A stretch of 64,000 nucleotides of DNA from Octopus vulgaris. Taxonomy: Eukaryota. Positions within the stretch are counted from its first letter, which is position 1. Every line of letters begins with the position of its first letter. A program made the position numbers and the translations under genes. Below, one piece after another: positions 62,301 through 64,000 of this stretch. Under the pieces are notes generated by a model that was given only the letters and a program-made list of their open reading frames with translations, searched no databases and was not told where the DNA came from. The stretch spans positions 65,658,001 through 65,722,000 of the forward strand of contig OX597824.1 of the NCBI GenBank assembly GCA_951406725.2, written 5' to 3'.

Positions 62301-62332
62301 AAGATATAGTCATTCTTGAAGGGGTCAAAATG
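45553..62332 (+). CDS. PIGH: GPI-GlcNAc transferase subunit H (PIG-H), 3'-partial
   Basis: Exons 45553-45705, 57372-57450, 62205-62332 splice in phase. Two hydrophobic segments, then ESVLFLTAIGVQIETKFLFGHCTTKFIDMTHIKDIVILEGVKM, matching the PIG-H motif (E.LL....LG.Q......G.....FI....KDIVI.E). Confidence 0.9.
48489..48761. mobile_element. hAT-type MITE
   Basis: TIR CAGTGCTGGATTTA / TAAATCTGGGACTG; 8-bp flanks TGTGCATG / TATGCATA. Confidence 0.65.
49170..51900 (+). mobile_element. CR1-like LINE ORF2, degraded
   Basis: IGNFNFPNIKW, GFCSGRSCFTQLL, VIYLD..KAFDKVDH, VPQGTVLGPLLF, MSYWERLKELKCYSLEKR. Confidence 0.85.
50401..50923 (+). mobile_element. RTE/BovB-like LINE 3' end nested in the CR1-like element
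   Basis: WTLKKTDQKRINAFELWCWRRLLRIPWTAR..YFGHIMRR..RGRPRTRWLD; splits host YLDY|VKAFD. Confidence 0.88.
52499..52545 (-). ncRNA. type I hammerhead ribozyme motif, copy 1
   Basis: ACACACA CUGAGGA CAGGU AACU ACCCA GAAA CUUGAG UC / CAUGUGU; core intact, stems partly decayed. Confidence 0.72.
52564..54674 (-). mobile_element. Tx1/L1-like non-LTR retrotransposon, internally deleted (degraded ORF1 plus ORF2 ends)
   Basis: ORF1 from ~54356 with stops and a CCHC knuckle (GYRPHCFKCSKKGHACSEC). ORF2 start GCINVHGL..ICIVKTR (APE-like) is fused to a C-terminus-like YFRYHLKSKIGLE. AATAAA at 52570-52575. TSD AGCTAGTGAT / AGCTCGTGAT. Confidence 0.75.
54975..55021 (-). ncRNA. type I hammerhead ribozyme motif, copy 2
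   Basis: ACACACG CUAAGGA CGGGU AACC ACCCA GAAA CUAGAG UC / UGUGUGU; stem I intact, core G5>A. Confidence 0.72.
55273..55319 (+). ncRNA. type I hammerhead ribozyme motif, copy 3
   Basis: CUGAGGA UGGGU AACC ACCCA GAAA CUUGAG UC; core and 5-bp stem II intact, stem I decayed. Confidence 0.75.
56590..57260 (-). mobile_element. degraded RTE LINE fragment
   Basis: EMQFEFVPRSTTDAL and LALVDLEKAFYKIP remnants. Confidence 0.7.
57372..57450 (+). CDS. PIGH: PIGH exon (DDSSLYIFFIILLAVFVIKLYRKVLT)
   Basis: ttttcag/gtaaaa; TM segment; phase fits both neighbours. Confidence 0.85.
57775..59550 (-). mobile_element. RTE-clade LINE, 5'-truncated (RT + PHD-like finger + 3' UTR)
   Basis: TTDAIFLVRQLQEK..AFVDMEKAFDRVPR..VGVHQGSVLS..LYADDLAL..MLHGSETWAM..RRLHWYGHV..GRGRPRKTW; (GAT)n tail. 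Confidence 0.93.
60560..62090 (+). repeat. head-to-tail array of degenerate SINE family A derivatives
   Basis: about 8 recurrences of GAGTTCAAAT..CAACTTTGCCTTT..ATAAAATAAGTA..GGCCTTGTG..TTAGAAA..ATTATT. Confidence 0.7.
62205..62332 (+). CDS. PIGH: PIGH exon (PIG-H domain)
   Basis: acacag/gtatgt; conserved motif. Confidence 0.93.
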
Positions 62333-64000
62333 GTATGTTCACTCTTTTACATTTATCTTGTTTTTCTTTTTGACATTATCTGTATTGTTGTTGTTGTTTA
62401 GCTCCAACCCCAAGTTGCTTCTAACTGAGCAGAGCTATAACCAAGGGTATTCTTTCCATGATTATGCTGTCTCTCAGGTATTGTGTCTTTAGAACTATGT
62501 TATACATTGTGTCATTTCATTCTCAAGACAATAAAATCTAATTTGAGGGAGATTTGGCTGTACTTCTATCAGACTGTGACTGCAAATTAGCTCCCTTGTT
62601 TTATTGGCTGTCAAATTATAAGCAAATCATATACTGCTACTTGCATAATTACTTTTTATACTTCACAGTTGAGTTTCATTTCATCAAAGGCTGTCATGAT
62701 ATCAGCCTTAGAGCAGTCATTATAGTGTTGTTTTGCCCCAAGTCTCCCTTGATTGAGCAAAAGCATTCTCTCTTATTGTGTATTTAGGATTACATTAACC
62801 AATGTCATCATCTTTTTAAGATGATAGGGCGTGATTTAGTAGCCACTCTGGTAGGTTGAACAACTACGTAGAAGCTTTTTTCTTGTTGGTTCATTGTTGC
62901 TACTGTTATTAAGTAGTTCCAGTCAGCTCTTTTCAAGTTGACAATGGCCCAGGTGGTTAATATTTGAGAAAGATCTATTGGTTCAACATTTTCAGGAATG
63001 CCATGGAACTTTATCACCTGTTCAGTTCATGTCCCACTATGTTCAATGTAGCACATTTGTTTTCAGACAATAGGCATGATAGGGTGTATAGAAAGTCAGT
63101 GTGTAAATAGTCAAATCATAAGGTATAAGAAATTCAACCTAAAAATCTAAAGTTTATAGCCTACAATTTGTTTTAATGCCTTCATTTGAGGAGGAATGGT
63201 AGTGCTTATGACTGCTTTGAGGGCCTCCATGACTAGAACAAGGAAGGGAGAAAGTTATCTTCATATCGGAAACCTATCTTTGATGCTTACAACAGAAGAA
63301 ATCAATTAAGAAATTATGCATTTTTGTTTAACAGGAGGATTTAATTTGCTTCTTTAACACGGCCTGACTATTGACCAGAATCAGTTTCAGCTTCATGGTT
63401 TTATTTATTAGATCTAGATGAAATTCAAATATTGAGCTGTCTATTGTGGTTGATGTTATTAACCCCTTAATGGATCAATTATTTTGACATGGTGTTTCAT
63501 TTCAGAACATATTTTTTTATTTCCTTTTTTAATTGTATACACTGTGTTAATTACAAAAAAAAGTGTTTTTTTTATCTTGTTTCCTTTATTTTTTATTATA
63601 GAAATTAAAATGTACTTTTACTCATTTGGATTTAAACGAGTTAACTCGGACATTGAAAAAATACATATAACTTAACTATCTTCGATTTTTTATAAGATGT
63701 ATTGTTTTTAAATCAAAGGAAAATTTTTTTTAAATGAGATAGACAGTTTATTTAGAATGATAATTTTTAAAACAAGGAGTTACACACAAAGTTATCTTGC
63801 AAACATCACACATGTACCTGTTTTCTCTTCGAATCGGTCAAGCAATTGATTTCATGCCATGCACTTGCATCTATCTGATTATCTTCTTTGTCATCTTCTG
63901 AAAAATTGTCAGAGTCTGAACTACACATGTCTAATTCATCCCCAGAGCTTTCCAGATTGTGAAATGAAAAATCACTTTCGTGATTGCTGAATATATCTAA

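Overview
AT-rich, repeat-dense eukaryotic DNA. The SINE/LINE families look like an octopod cephalopod, but that is an inference. Three spliced genes can be reconstructed with consistent intron phases. (1) The 3' 15 coding exons of TMEM87A/B (+, 1658-28164), including a U12-type AT-AC intron (19528-20773). (2) A complete 4-exon PCLAF/PAF15 gene (-, 45053-35375, 95 aa). (3) The first three coding exons of PIGH (+, 45553-62332; the gene continues past the window), head-to-head with PCLAF across a 500-bp interval with E2F-type motifs. Introns hold RTE, CR1-like, R4/Dong-like and Penelope-like retroelements, two mariners, MITEs and several tRNA-derived SINE families. The most striking locus is 52332-55535 in the first PIGH coding intron. 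It is an array of ~352-355-bp repeats, each carrying a type I hammerhead ribozyme motif (a retrozyme-like element). A Tx1/L1-like LINE derivative is inserted into it on the ribozyme strand, 18 nt upstream of a hammerhead, with a 10-bp target-site duplication, so the LINE is bracketed by two hammerhead motifs.
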